DNA from: Auanema rhodensis
Taxonomy: Eukaryota; Animalia; Nematoda
Reading direction: 5' to 3'
Assembly: GCA_964057225.1 (NCBI GenBank)
Contig: OZ059897.1
Span: forward strand, 14,136,001-14,200,000
DNA: 64,000 nt
Shown: positions 14,304 to 28,000 of the stretch, piece after piece
How positions within the stretch are numbered: the first letter of the stretch is position 1
Layout of the letters: each line of letters opens with the position of its first letter
Translations under genes and position numbers: made by a program
Notes under the pieces: generated by a model
The model's database searches: none
What the model was told of the DNA's origin: nothing
What the model saw: the letters and a program-made list of their open reading frames with translations, nothing else

Positions 14304-17300
14304 ACTTTTTTTTTGTTTTGATTTTTATGTTTTTTATTTTTACACATTGTATGTTTATGGGTACTTATTGACTGGTACTTCATTAAATGATTTTCATTTC
14401 GGTTTGAAAGATAGTTCTTATGAATCTCAAAAGAAATGTGTATTTATGTATGTTTTAGATGAAAATTAATTTTATTTAAAAATTTATAAATAAATAATAA
14501 TTTTAATTTTAAAACTATGAAATAACTGAATATCTTTAGTAATACCTTACTTCTTATTATACATCTAAATAATTTTTCATTAAATACAATTAAAACAAGA
14601 AAATTTGTTTTTAATAAAGAAAAAAAAATAGTTGAAAAACAGCTTTCAATAATAAATAAATACATACTATATGAACATTAGAGGGTATTCTCAAGCAATA
14701 ATATGATCTATAATATTATCACTCATGAACACCTTCAAATGACATAATAATTAAAATAAAATATTTATAAATATGGAATATAGAATGAGAAAAAAAGGTT
14801 CAACTAATTCTTAGTTAACAAAGAGAATTCAACAGACAGTCTAACGGAAAAGCTGTCTCAATATGGAAATGAAGCCTATTTTAAATGAAATTGCGCATTC
14901 ACAAAGATCTTTGTAGCTACCTTCGATGGCAAACAGAATGGCAATGGCAATGATGAAGACTAAGGCAAAGAAAATGATGAAAGCAGAAAATGACAGAAAA
15001 GCTGGGTCTGAAAAACGAAAAATTACGAAATCTATACTGAAGGTTTAAAGCTACAACTAAGATTAATACAATAAGAATATTAAAGAAAACAAAAACTGGT
15101 AAAGCAAACACCCTGTATGTTGCTTAGTATGATGATGATGACGATGATGATGATGATGGGTTTCATGATGGCTTGCTGATGCAGCTTGGGGGGAGAAGAG
15201 AAAAGGCAATAGTGGAAATGAAAGAGAATAGTGATGATTGGCAATTTCCATAGTTGGTGGCCAGTGAGACAATTTTAATTTAGATTAAGACATTAATGAA
15301 TTACGCTTTTGATAAAATGAGGTTATATAACATGAAGCATTTAATGAATCATGCATATAACGATTTAAATAGCAAAATACATACATATATACTATATTCA
15401 AGAAGTAAAGGTTTAATTCATTTTTATTTTGAAAAAGCAGAGAAAAAAAATTAAATTATGGAAGAAGAAGAATATTTTAAAATATTATTAAACATTATGT
15501 TTTCATCTATGTTGATACTATGGATTATCAAGATTTAAGGAAAACATATATTCTCTCAGTTTCAGGCAACTTACACAAGTACAAAGTTGAATTCCAAATC
15601 TTTTTTTTTTTTCAAAATAATTAGTAAATCAAATGGCTTTGCAACGATAATAAAGATAAAATTTGAATATTATTTAATTTTTTTCGCTGAATTCTGCTTT
15701 AGAACAGTTGATATATGCATCGGTTAACCATATTTGGAAGTGGGGGGAACGACTAATGTTGTTCTACTGTAATGAGGCTGAGCCATGCCACCATCCGGCT
15801 TGCTCGTCTCGTTGGCTCTCCCTTCTTTCGCATCGTTCCTGCACAGCAAAATGAGGAACATATAACTCGGGTATGGAAAAAAAAGTGAAAGCCACTGAAT
15901 TGATCTATGGAATATAATGATTAAACGAACTAGACAATACTGCAAATTAGATGACTTTGTAAAATATTTTTAAAACCTTAGTATAAAATGATATAAATGA
16001 GTACAACTTTATTCAATATATCAAAAGATGTTTTGAAAAAAAAATGAAACAAATCAATAGAAGCAGAATATATTTTTTTTTAGATGTGATTAATCAAAAG
16101 GCCAAATAGTCAATGCTCGAAGTTCTATTAAACCGCATCTGACATGTATTCGATTAGTCATATCAAGCAGGTATATGTATATTATATAATATATAGAATA
16201 CTTCTGGAGAATATCTAAAGAGGGCAAAGTAAGAAGGTAAACGAATTGATGAAAGATCAAGGCACATGAAAAAGTGAAATAAGCTTTTCATTCTCTCATC
16301 CTCTTAGCTTCTGACCCTCTCAATATATTTCCATTATTCTCTCTCTCTTTCTCTCTCTCCCTATCTTTGAAACTGCTTCTCTTTTCGTTTTGATGGTTTG
16401 TAGGCCAGAAGAAACGATGAGAGGAAGAAACCCGGCTGGATAGAACAATTGGCTTAAGCCATAAAAAGGCATGGCTTTCGCTTACAGCCGTATCACCAGT
16501 TGCTTCAGAATACTACAAGAAATAGTAATGTCTATTAGACAAATACATTTTTCGATAAAGATTTGTTTAATATTCTTTCAGATCGTTGATAGTTTGAATC
16601 AACCAACCGTTAGATTGCATTGAGTTCTACAGGATGATATAGTGAAGAAGTTGGACTAGGAAACAGACAACGACAATGACAAGCAGAGAAAAGAGAAAGT
16701 GAGATGCCCTCAGGGTATGTGAGCTTCCAGCTGAGTATAGCTTGAAAGCATCAATGGGGTGGGGCTCATTCAGATCTTTCCCTTCTTTCCTCTTTTTCTC
16801 TTATATCTCTTTTTCGATCCTGAACATTCATCGTCTATGTTTGTGAATATAAAAGCACATATTGACAGCGTTTCCTATTATAAGCAATGATGGATTATTA
16901 ACAACCTAATTATGTGAGGACATATGGATGTCGTTGTTATATGAAAGTCTCTCCTTTCTATCTTCCTCCCTCTCATTGTTTCTCTGTGTATCAATTCAAA
17001 TATCTTCTCATTTTGAAGTGATATAGTATACATGGCATACACACATATCTGAACGAACAATACACTATTTCATATATAGCTTACACTGTTGAACAGTGTA
17101 TAACAGAATATGCTAGAACATTGTCAATGTTTAACACTTGTTGGCAATAAGTTCGACTATAAAGAACTAAAAACAGTTAATATCTTTTCAGCCAATAATA
17201 AGACAACTGAGAAATATGCCAATAAATTCATTAAAAATCTCAAAACTTTATTATATGTATATTTTTAGAAGAAATGTTTCATTCTCACTCTATCTGGCTA

Positions 17301-19501
17301 TAATATACTTCAGCGCTTTCGAACTATTTATTTTACTAACTAAAAGTAAAATAAACTATGTGAAGCAATGAAACTAAACCAAGAGATGTCATCAAGATAA
17401 CACTTGTAGTCAGTCAAACTGGTAGTTTCATGAATCATCAGAGAGTATATTGCAATGGATTACAAGCGATGCAGCTTCAATTAAAGACTCTCTGTCTCCT
17501 TTGTTCAAAATGAGTTCGTTGAACAAAGTGTTCATTGAACTACACAATTTCCAAATTAAAAAATGATTTTTTTTCCTAATATTGTGAGAATTTTCTAGTA
17601 TCAAGCTTAAAAAGATTTGTTTTAAATTTTACGATCGAAATACTTAACTTTATATGTCATTAAATCATCGCCTCTTTATACTAAACTGTTCCAATTTCTT
17701 AAATGTCCCCAGGGCAAAGTTTCATGAATACAATTATATAGGGCTTGAAGATCGTTTGCAAAAAGTAATTTGTTAAATATAATTAAATTATAATATTAAT
17801 AGACATTATTTAATGGGAAAAAAGGACAATAGAATATTTTCATATAATTATTCAGAAAAAAACTTAAATTTCAATAAAAATTGACTCTATATTTAAGAAC
17901 AAAGACTAAATCCATATAAAATGGTCAAAATGAATATTAAATAAAGAAAAGAATCTTAAACGTTTCTGAAAAAAATGCAACCGATTTATATAAAAAATTA
18001 TTTAAAAAATGGTATATTATCTGTACACGTACTTATTGAAGTTTGTTTAGCAAAATATAATTTATGCTAATTTTTAATAATACGATAAATAATTTAATTT
18101 TAATTTAAAAATAATAACAATATATAAAATATTAATTTAGACTGTACAACTAGATTTTAAATTTTTTAGTTTTTTTTTATTTGAAATCATTGTTCATTTT
18201 AAAAAATGAACTTTATTTAGTTTAATATGAATATTCTCAGTAGTCTTTCCCCTATGCAACTTTTTTTGTGTTTTTTGACTTTCTTCCCTTTTTTGTCTTC
18301 AACGTTTTCTCTAATTCCTTGGGGTTGATCTTCTAATTTCATGGATAGACGTTTCATTAGATTAGCCTATTAATGCTATTCGTATTCTGAAACGAAATAG
18401 GCCCACACAAGCTGCTTCCATTTATGGAAATTACTTGAATTGACCAATACTGTGCAATTGCTCTATACATACATGCGTATATGTATTTGGAAACAAAATC
18501 CCATTGAAAAGTATTAAACCAATATATGTATGTATATACTACTTATGATATAGTTAAATATTTATAAAAAAGAACTTCATTTCAAGCATTTATTTTATGA
18601 ATTTTATTGTATGTTTCATAAAACATTTATATTTAAGTTTTTTTGTTGTTTTCAATTATAAATTAGATGAATAACTAATAATAATAAAGAAAATATGATA
18701 TGAAAATTCAGAAAGAATAGTAAAATATCCAATAATTCTTTTTCTTCTCTAAATATTACTTCAGAAGAAACAAAAACAACAACACATGAGATGAGATAAA
18801 ATCATTGCATATGATTATTACAAAATATAAAAGAAAAAAGTCTGTATCAGACCATAATGTAGAGATATATATTTTTTCTTAAATAATGCTCAAAGCATAG
18901 AATAGTAATACTATTGAATTTGGCAAGATCTTTTGGATTCTAACAGTAGTCTTAACCTAATAAGAATAATAATAATAATACAAATTACAAATTACAATTA
19001 TATAAAGATTATAATAATATTTAATAAATAAATAAATTTAATTTTAAATTATTCAAAAAAGTAATATATGATATAAGTCTTCATAATAGTGAATTTAGTT
19101 TTTTATTTGACTAGCAATACTCAAATGAATGTCGCATATCACACTAGATGGATAAGTATACAGTTCCAGCTGTTAATAACGTTTGGAAAAGATGAATAAG
19201 ATAAAAAAAGACAAATAAAAGATTATTATGATTCGAAGGACCAGAAGATAGTATTTGATTCAGAAAAAAGACATGAAATATGATCTTTTGTTTGTAAATA
19301 ATGATCAATATGTAATATTTTGGAATATAAACCCGAAACTACAGTACTCAGTATATGTATGATATGAGCGAGATATTGGATGTATAGTATATATACATGA
19401 AGTTTTTTTTGAAATTTCAAAGTAGAATTGATAATTATAATTTTAAAAAAACATAAAGTAGAGCAGAATATGTTTCGTAGAGTTGTATTGCCTTTCAAAC
19501 T

Positions 19502-21902
19502 TTAATCAGAAGTTGTAGTAGTAACATCTGAGATTGTCTGATCATCTGAAGCACAGTTCAAGTTTAGTTTGTTAGATGCCCAACGTTCTAAGTAACCGGA
19601 AGGCTAAAATAATCCAATCAACTATGTTCATTTATTTAAAAAAAGGTTATCAAACCTGTAAACGCTTCTTCTTCTCATCTCCATTAGAACTTGTTGATAA
19701 AATATCATCTTGATCCATTGGAGGTGGACTAGAATTACTTAAATAAAGCAAAATTCTCTATAGATAGTTGACCAAAAAATTATTTTTCTTTTGAAGAAGA
19801 TGATTAAAAGAATAATACTTAACTAACCTTAATGTTAAATTACCATCTGATGGAGATATTAAATCATTCAATCTTCTCTTCAAGCTTTTTTGGTATTGAT
19901 ATCCAGCATTTCTTATGACTTGTCGAGCAAGCGGGAACAACTCATCACGTCTTGTTAATAGAGCAGGCATTAACAAACAAAGTTGAGCTGCAGCTTCATT
20001 TACGGACACCTCATGAATAGATAGTACCTTAAACATATAATAATATATACAAAAAATGAATTCGAATATTAACCTTGTTCGGCTTTCGCTTAGCATCGAA
20101 TCGCCCATAGATAGCTGAATATTTCCGATATTCTTCCAAGCGGCCAGGAGTATTAGCAGGCATCGCCATTAAATCCAGAAGTTCTCTATAAGAAAAGATA
20201 CAAGATATATGAAAATCATCGTTATATTGATAAAAACCTTGAAATTCGTTTTTTGTTTTGAATAAGTTTAGGCTCAAATACAGGAAGACTATGAAATACA
20301 CGTTCTGCACATACTGTTATACGATGAATCTGAGTGTCGCTTAACACAGGTGTTTCGGAGGTTGATGAAACTGAAATTTAATCAAATCAAATGAAAGAAA
20401 ATTTGAAAAAAATAATTATATCCTAGAAGAAGTTATATTTTTTTTTTGAAATTTAATGAAACGTACAGTGATTATCAGATTCACTTAAAGATAAAAAATC
20501 GCCAACTACTGAAACAGGACTGGCCGACCTGAAAAGAAATTAAATTTCTAATTAGCTCATTATCATATATTTTTAATTTTAAAAGTTCGAAAAAAATATT
20601 GTTTGTATAGTATTTGAATGACGAACCTCTCTTCCTCTTTATTGGAGGTTGAGCAAGTTGTTGAGAGACTTCGGAGCCGTTCTCCACAAAAAATGTTTGC
20701 TGTGCCTCCGATTGTGCTAGTAGGGGCCATAACGTTGAGCATAGAAGTGGAGACACTGGTCGCTATAAATATTATTTTATACAATATTACTTTGATTTTA
20801 AGAAAAAGGTGGTTTTTACTTGTTTTTTTATGCCAAAATATAATACACGAGGCATATTGATTTTATTAGAATTTCGGAATTCTACCCAACCTCCAAGCTA
20901 CCACACGAAAAAAAATTTCTTTTTCTTTTTTTTTTTTTTTTTTTATTTTTAAAACTTATTGTTGAAGCTTATTATACCCCCAGGGTATTCCCACAAAAAG
21001 ACTAACCCAACGCTACCGAATTGTTCGCAACGTTTCCATTATTGTTATTGTTATTATTGTTGTTGGAAGAGCTTGTTGTACTTGTTGAAGCTGTACTTGT
21101 AGTAAACGTATTCGATGTTTCTGTCGTTGTTAAACCTGGTGAAGATGATGAAGCCAAACTGTTTAAAGTTGCAGCAAAAGCTAAATCATCAGAAATATAT
21201 GATATTATGGGATATCATAATACTTACTAGGCATTAGATATGATATAGCATCTGTACTATTCATAACTGGGAATTGTGGGGGAGGAGGTGGAGGTCCAAT
21301 ATGCTGTATAGATTGCACATTGAAAGCTGCTTGATCTTTTGAAAATTCCTTAAATAGCAATTGTATACAATTATCTATCATTCAAACTTTGACTAACACT
21401 AAGCGCTCGTTGCAACCTTCGAACATGAAGAGGCTTAGATAGCATACCAACTAGAGACATTATTTCCAAAAATTCCTGTTCATCACATTGCATTATCTGA
21501 TTTATATCATCTCCACCTAATAATATTGTTTTTTTTTAATAAGTTGACTTCACAGAAATATTATACCTTGGGTAATAAATGTATCATAATATTGAACTAA
21601 GTTCGCTCTTTGTAAAACTGCTAAAAGCTGCCATTCTGAGAATGAAGTAGGTTGTGCCGAAGGTTTGGGAGTTCTAAAAAAAGATGGATTTCAAAAATAA
21701 AATTATATTATCATACGATGGCTGCACTATTGGATCACTTGTTTTTTGATCAGGTCGTACAGGAGTCAACGTTGGAGGTGTTGTAGGTAAAGCTGATGAT
21801 CCTATATTTAATCATATAAGATAATACATTAAATTTTAAAATGATTATACCATTATTGGATGCTACACTAGAAGGACTAGGAGAACTTTCAACAGAAGAC
21901 AT
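19502..21902 (-). CDS. mab-10: NAB (NGFI-A binding) transcriptional cofactor, mab-10 ortholog
   Basis: NCD1 motif ([62 protein letters not shown]) and NCD2 motif ([35 protein letters not shown]...[15 protein letters not shown]) across short GT-AG introns. ATG at 21902, TAA at 19502-19504. Confidence 0.92.
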
Positions 21903-21987
21903 TGTATGGAATATGTTATTTTGATTTTTGTTTTTAATATTTAATTAAAATCTTGCTTATTCCTTTTAAGGTATTAGAGCTATGCTT

Positions 21988-22057
21988 GAATTTAGAATTC
22001 TTTTAGCTATATAGATGAGGGATGGCTATTTGATAGCCACCCACTGGCGTTTGCGCC
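21988..22057 (-). promoter_or_regulatory. 5'UTR stem-loop cluster of mab-10: two tri-loop LIN-41 response element-like hairpins and one tetraloop hairpin
   Basis: Sense strand: GGCG[CAAA]CGCC, GGGUGGCUAU[CAA]AUAGCCAUCCC and GAAUU[CUA]AAUUC, lying between a ttttaag acceptor (ends 22059) and the ATG. Confidence 0.6.
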
Positions 22058-25000
22058 TCTTAAAATTAAAATTTAGAAGTGAATAAATGACGGAAAGCAG
22101 TAAAAAAGAAAAATACTATTTTATAATATAATAATAAATAAATAATACAAGAAATAAATCGAAGAATTAAAATTATTCAGGCAAAACCCTCAGGGGGAAA
22201 TGATGTGACTAGGACGGAAGAAAAGGTGGGGGGCTTGTGAATAGATCATATGAAAAGAGGGGAGACTAAGAAATTCACAGAAGAACGAATGGAGAAATAG
22301 AGGAAATGATATGAAGAGAAGAGAGAAATAAGAGAAAAAGTGTAGGAATATTCCAAAAAAACGAAAAGGAAAGACAGTAATAGACGATTATCTTTTTTTA
22401 TATCATTTCTGTTTGTCTATCACTCTTCTATCTCCATATTCCTTCGTGGACTCTCTGATTCTTCATCTCTTTCGGAGAATTTTTTGATTTAAAAAAAAAA
22501 CTCTAAAGCTTTCAATGCGTTTCATGAAAGACCAGGTCTCTCTTCAGCGCTGAAAACTAAAATCATGCATCTAAATCAATGTATTCTAATCCCATTTTAC
22601 ATTGGAAATATAAATACGAATTGTTTTTTTTTATTCCAATTGGTTCATCCTAGCTATTGATGCTATAGTTGGTACAACCTTCAATTTGGTCAAGCAAAAA
22701 GTGACGAGCAGTCGAGAAAAAAGTTTATTTTGAGGTCAAGTCACTCTTCACATACCTTCATATTGTTCATTGAACAGCTTTTTCTTAATATAACTTATTT
22801 CTATTCTTCTCATTTTTTGAAATTTGTCTAGATTTTTCTTCGTATTTTAGAAAAAAACAGACGGATGTTCATCAGTACTGTGAATACTTCAATCTGTGAG
22901 AACTTTCAAATTAATGTGAATCTATAACTATAACTATAAACCTAAACCTTTTTCCTGGCTCTCAAATTGCAGATTTTACCGTTTTGCCGGATTTTTTTTT
23001 CAATTCGGTGAGTGCATACTATGAACAGCAAAACGTGAATCGGCGTTCTCTCGTGCCAGGCGCTCTACGCCAAAAAAACGTGACCCAGACCTTATGTTAG
23101 CCACTATTGATGACGAGAGCTCTTCTACAATTCTCTTCGTTTCTTTCGTTCTCTTTTCTTTTTTCTTTTTTTTTATCTACTCTATCTATATTTTCTTGTT
23201 CCTCTCTCTATTTTAATATTCGTCAACGAATCTCTTACTCTTTTCCTCTTTTTTTTCATTCACCATAACTTCATCTTTTTCCTTTTTCAATGTGTGCAGC
23301 AACGAATAGTTGAAACGGCCAAAAAACGACTATCAATCGAATGCTGTCCTTCCCCGTCTCTGTTTTTTTAAGCGGCTTCGGTCACCCAAACCTAACCGAA
23401 ATTACACTGTAGGTCAAGAAAAAACTTGAAGGACAATAAGAATAAAATAGAAAGAAAGAAATGAAGATCCGAAAATTACGGAATTACGAGACTGACAGTC
23501 AACAAATTGGTTGAAATCCAGTCTATGAATGAATCTCTCTCTCTCTTTGTTTTTTTTTTGTCAGAAGAGGAGACATTTTTGACTCGCCGATGAAGCCATA
23601 TGGATTCAGGAAGTTTTAGATGTGGACATGAACAGAATTATGGTAATAGTATATAGTAGATTCAAATAATTTTAATATTATATGTAAAGTAATACATCCT
23701 TTTGGAACGGTAGTTGTATATGATTCAAATATCCTTTTTTTAACAAAAGTTTCTGGTATTTTCCAGCAACTACCAATTATTATTATTGAAAAAAGTAAGC
23801 ATACTCAATTAATCTGTAGAATTCGCAGATGAACGACCAGGTGACGAAGAATGTATTCATCAATGATGGGGTTGGATAAAAAAATAGAAGAGCGAACAAG
23901 CGAACTCGTTTCGAAAAGGTTTGAGAAACTCGGAGAGTGATATATCGTTAGAACATGTGAGAGTTCATGATTGCTGCAGAGAAAAAGAGTAGAAAAAACA
24001 TCTCAACGTCGTCCGATTCTAGTGATTGAAGAAGAAGAGGAAAAGGGAAAAAGAAGCAGGTGAAGAAGAAGGTAACGATATAAAGAACAGGAGAAGCAAT
24101 AGAGGCGTGGGAGAAAAGGAAAAGAAGCCGAATATGTGAAGAAAACTAATAAGGAAAACAAAAAAAAATTATAAAATGTCCTAAAGATATTATTCTCTTT
24201 GAAAACTTCAAATAAAAAATCAAAGTATACATAAATCATTTTTAAAACCATTTTTCATCTAATAAAAATTAAAAAATATAAAGATGAGTTGGCAATAGGG
24301 GAGAAGAAGTTGAAGAAAAAGAAGAAGAATGTGAAGAAGTAAAGAATCAACGAGAAAGATGACGAAGAAAGGCCGATTGGCTTGAAAAAGTGGCTGTGAC
24401 AGGATAAAAACTAAGAGAAATGAGAAAGAGTGAATGGAAATTGATGAAGAAAGCACGTTAGAATACCGGAGAATTGCACATTTTTTCGTATTCAATGAAT
24501 GCTGTCCTCAAATCTTTCAAAGATACTTTTGAGAAATTGTTATATGTACGAGATATTGAGGACTTACCGAAGTTCGATTAAACACAACAAACTATTTAGC
24601 ATATAGCGTCAAATTACACGTAAATACATTTTGCAGCGTGCAAATGTGATCAACGATTGTTAAAAAAAAAACAAAAAAACAGGTTTGATTAATAATTTCA
24701 AATTTTACGTAATGAAATATTCTTGAAGGTTTTATAACTATTTTTTATTTACAAAAAATCAGAGAATTTAAATTATCAAATCCGAAGAAGAAAAAGGGAT
24801 AACGATTTAAATGAGAGAATGCTGAGAACTGTAAAGTTGGGAGCTGAATGAATGAAAAAGAAAAAAGAAGATGAAGACGAAAATGAAAAAAAAACTTAAG
24901 TAGATATCGAAATGAAGTAAGAGGAACAGAAAAAGAAATAGCGAAGCCGATGGCAAAAAAAAGTTATGCGAAGTTAAAAAACGACATTAGAGAAACGGCA

Positions 25001-28000
25001 TAGGAGAGCAAGAAGTCCACCAATGATTTTAAGAAAAAATTCGTTTGATCTGATGAAAGCCGACTAGCGAGAATAATTGTAGAAGGAATGAATCATTGAG
25101 AAGTTTGTTTAAAAAAAAAAAAAAAAAAGAAGAAAAAAATTAGAAATTCGTTGGGTATTGAGCTTTTTTTCGAATGCTATTTCAGAGAATGTGGATATGA
25201 TCGAGAAGTCAAGAGAAATAAGATGGTAATATTAAAATAAAGAAATGTTGGTTGGAAAAGATATTGGTGCTGAAGAAGGATAAGAAGAAGTATAGAAATC
25301 GTGTGGCTGACTACCCGTCTGCCAGCCGAAAAAGTGCCAATTGAGTAGAAAAAAAGTCTTTCTGAATCCAGTTTACAATCTCTGAATCGGCCGGAATACT
25401 CAGGAAAAAAACGATAAGGCCGGGCAACAGGACGAAAGGTAGACGAAAAGAACGAATATAAAATTGTACTAAAAGGGAAAAAAAGCAAAAGAGGAATAAG
25501 AGAGAAAGAGGGATGCGGGAGAGTAAGGATTCATGTAGAAAGATATGGTTGTGACGGTTGGATAGATTTATCCGTTCCATACACACTCATACATCCATAT
25601 ACAAATGGGGGGTTATGTATGATGTAGGAATACCGTGCATGTACATACCTTCAATCATAAACATTCAGAACAAAACTTTCAAAGTAATATTCCAAGTTCA
25701 ATAAAAAACAAAAATTGTTGCAACGAATCTCATGTTATTCTCAAACTTGATTGAAAAATTACTGAGCGATAGCTTTTTTTTTTGGACAAATCAGATATAG
25801 AGGAGCTTCAATGTGAACTCTTAGCAATGGAGGAAAACAACGCTTCGAGGATATGAAATTAAACTTATATAAATATGTTAACAAAGATAATAATTCATAG
25901 AAAATTTTAAAGAAATGTTAGTTTCAAAAGAGAAGAAATAGGTCTGATGTTGGTTGGCGGTGTTGGTGAGGGGAGGCAAAAACGGACAGCGAACAACGCT
26001 CGCAGTTGCAAAAAACGAACGCTCGCTTGAAAAAAACTAACCAAACGGCGCTGTTCGTTGAACATGAAAAAAGGTTTGAAGCTTGGTATATAGAGAAAGA
26101 CTAAAAAAAAAGTGCGTTGGGAGAGGCAACGAGACAGAATGATCGTCAGAGGAAAAGAGAGTGAAAGATATATGATGAAGAGTCGGTGAACAGAGTATGA
26201 GTGGGATACATATGAAGAGACTCATAGAGGAGAACGAATTGAAGAAAAAAAGATAGAGAGAGGAGAGAAGGTGAATACAATCTAAAATCATATAGAATAG
26301 TCAGAGAAATGTGAAAAACATTGTTCGAATACGAAAAGGTATGTATAATTGCCATAATGTTCTGGACTTTCAAACATGTTGAAGTTCGACTTGTCTGGCT
26401 TTTTTAAAACTTTTTTTGTTTCCATTTTTCATAATTTGAATGACATATATTTGAAACATTATAAAATAGACAAACAGAATTGGGATTTAAACTATTTTTT
26501 AACAAATAATTCCAATATATATAGAAATTATACTTGGGCGCGATTATCGATAATATATAAATTACGTTTATCGATAATATATTTATCCCTCAACCTTTAA
26601 AAAAACAATGATTTTTCAAGTAAGAAATGAATTTTTATGGGAACTCGATTATTACCAAAAATTCCCAAAAATGAAATTTTTTTCAAATTTTGAAGAGTAT
26701 GAAGATCTAAAAATGCATGAAAGTGATGAAAATATGACTTTGAAGAGTTTTCTTACAAAAATACGTTAATAAGTTATTTTTTTGTTGTGATCATATATAA
26801 AATCAATAATCGTGATAATTATCCATAATTATTGATAATGAGCTTTCAATAATTGAACAATTTCGATTTTGATATTGAGAATCACGCCCAAGTATAATAT
26901 ATATGTATTTACAATATATTCTATGTTTGGTATTCTTAGGAGGGAGGAGAGGATAGCTTAATTCTTGCAAGTACATATGAATGAATGACGATAGTATGAT
27001 GTCATAATGAATATAAAATGACTCTTTGAGCTTCATTTTCCATCTAAGCTGCACCTTATCCTCTCAAATGTTCAAAAATTCTTATAAGTTTTTTCACAGA
27101 AATTCCATTTTTTTCTCCTATTCGCTTTTGTTTTTTTCTGGTTGTGAAAAGCTAGTACGAGAAATTTCTTCGAAATTCACAAATTTTTCTCATTTTAGTT
27201 GCCTTCAACAATTTTTTTTTGCTGAAATTAGTTTTGTCAAATTCATTCCTGCAGTTTTTTTTGATCGTTTTCTTATTGATCGGTAGTTGTCACAAAATGG
27301 CTCAAAAACAAAGATCCTTAAATACTTTTGACGTGCACCAATAAGTATATTGATGATTTTATATTTATTTTGACTCTTTTTGCAAACTTTTTTTTCAGTT
27401 GTTTATTCTATAAAGTTTTAATAAATAAAAGTGATTATGTTACATTTTGATCTTGAAACCAAGCATGCTGTACATGTTTCTTTTACTAGTTTCATGATGA
27501 ACTTAACATGAACCTATTCAGAAGCTCACAAACAAACTTTTATCAGTTAAGACACTGCAAAAATCAGAGTTGCTAGTTATCATATCCTACAAAGCAAAAC
27601 AACTGCTATTCATTCATAATCTTGAAAACAATATTAGTTTCTTGTATAGTGTGCACCAGCTTCTGGTAGGGTCATCATACAGCTTGTCATCCAACTAATA
27701 ATTTTTGTCAAGTATTCAGACGCAAAGCGATATTTTCATTGAAATGAAAACACTTTCGATAGTAAAGCAGATAACTAGAGCTCAAATTTCAATATAAAAC
27801 CCAATAATATCAGCATGTGTTCTCTGACATCGCACATGTGGAAATGCTGTTTTAGGAGCATCCCAGCTAAAACTATTTTTCTGTTATCTCCTCGCTCGTC
27901 CTATCTTTCTTTTTTACTTTTTTAAGGTTTTACAATGTCTTTTTCTCAACTGAAGCCTCGTTTTCTTTTGAAATATATGTTTAATAGAAAAGAAAATGAG

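Noticed and set aside
15063-15272. His-rich ORF
   Set aside because: Produced by a (GAT)n repeat, with no splice or homology support
4984-18427. CArG boxes at 4984, 15728 and 18418
   Set aside because: A few CC(A/T)6GG matches are expected by chance at this base composition, and another falls inside a coding exon (46969)
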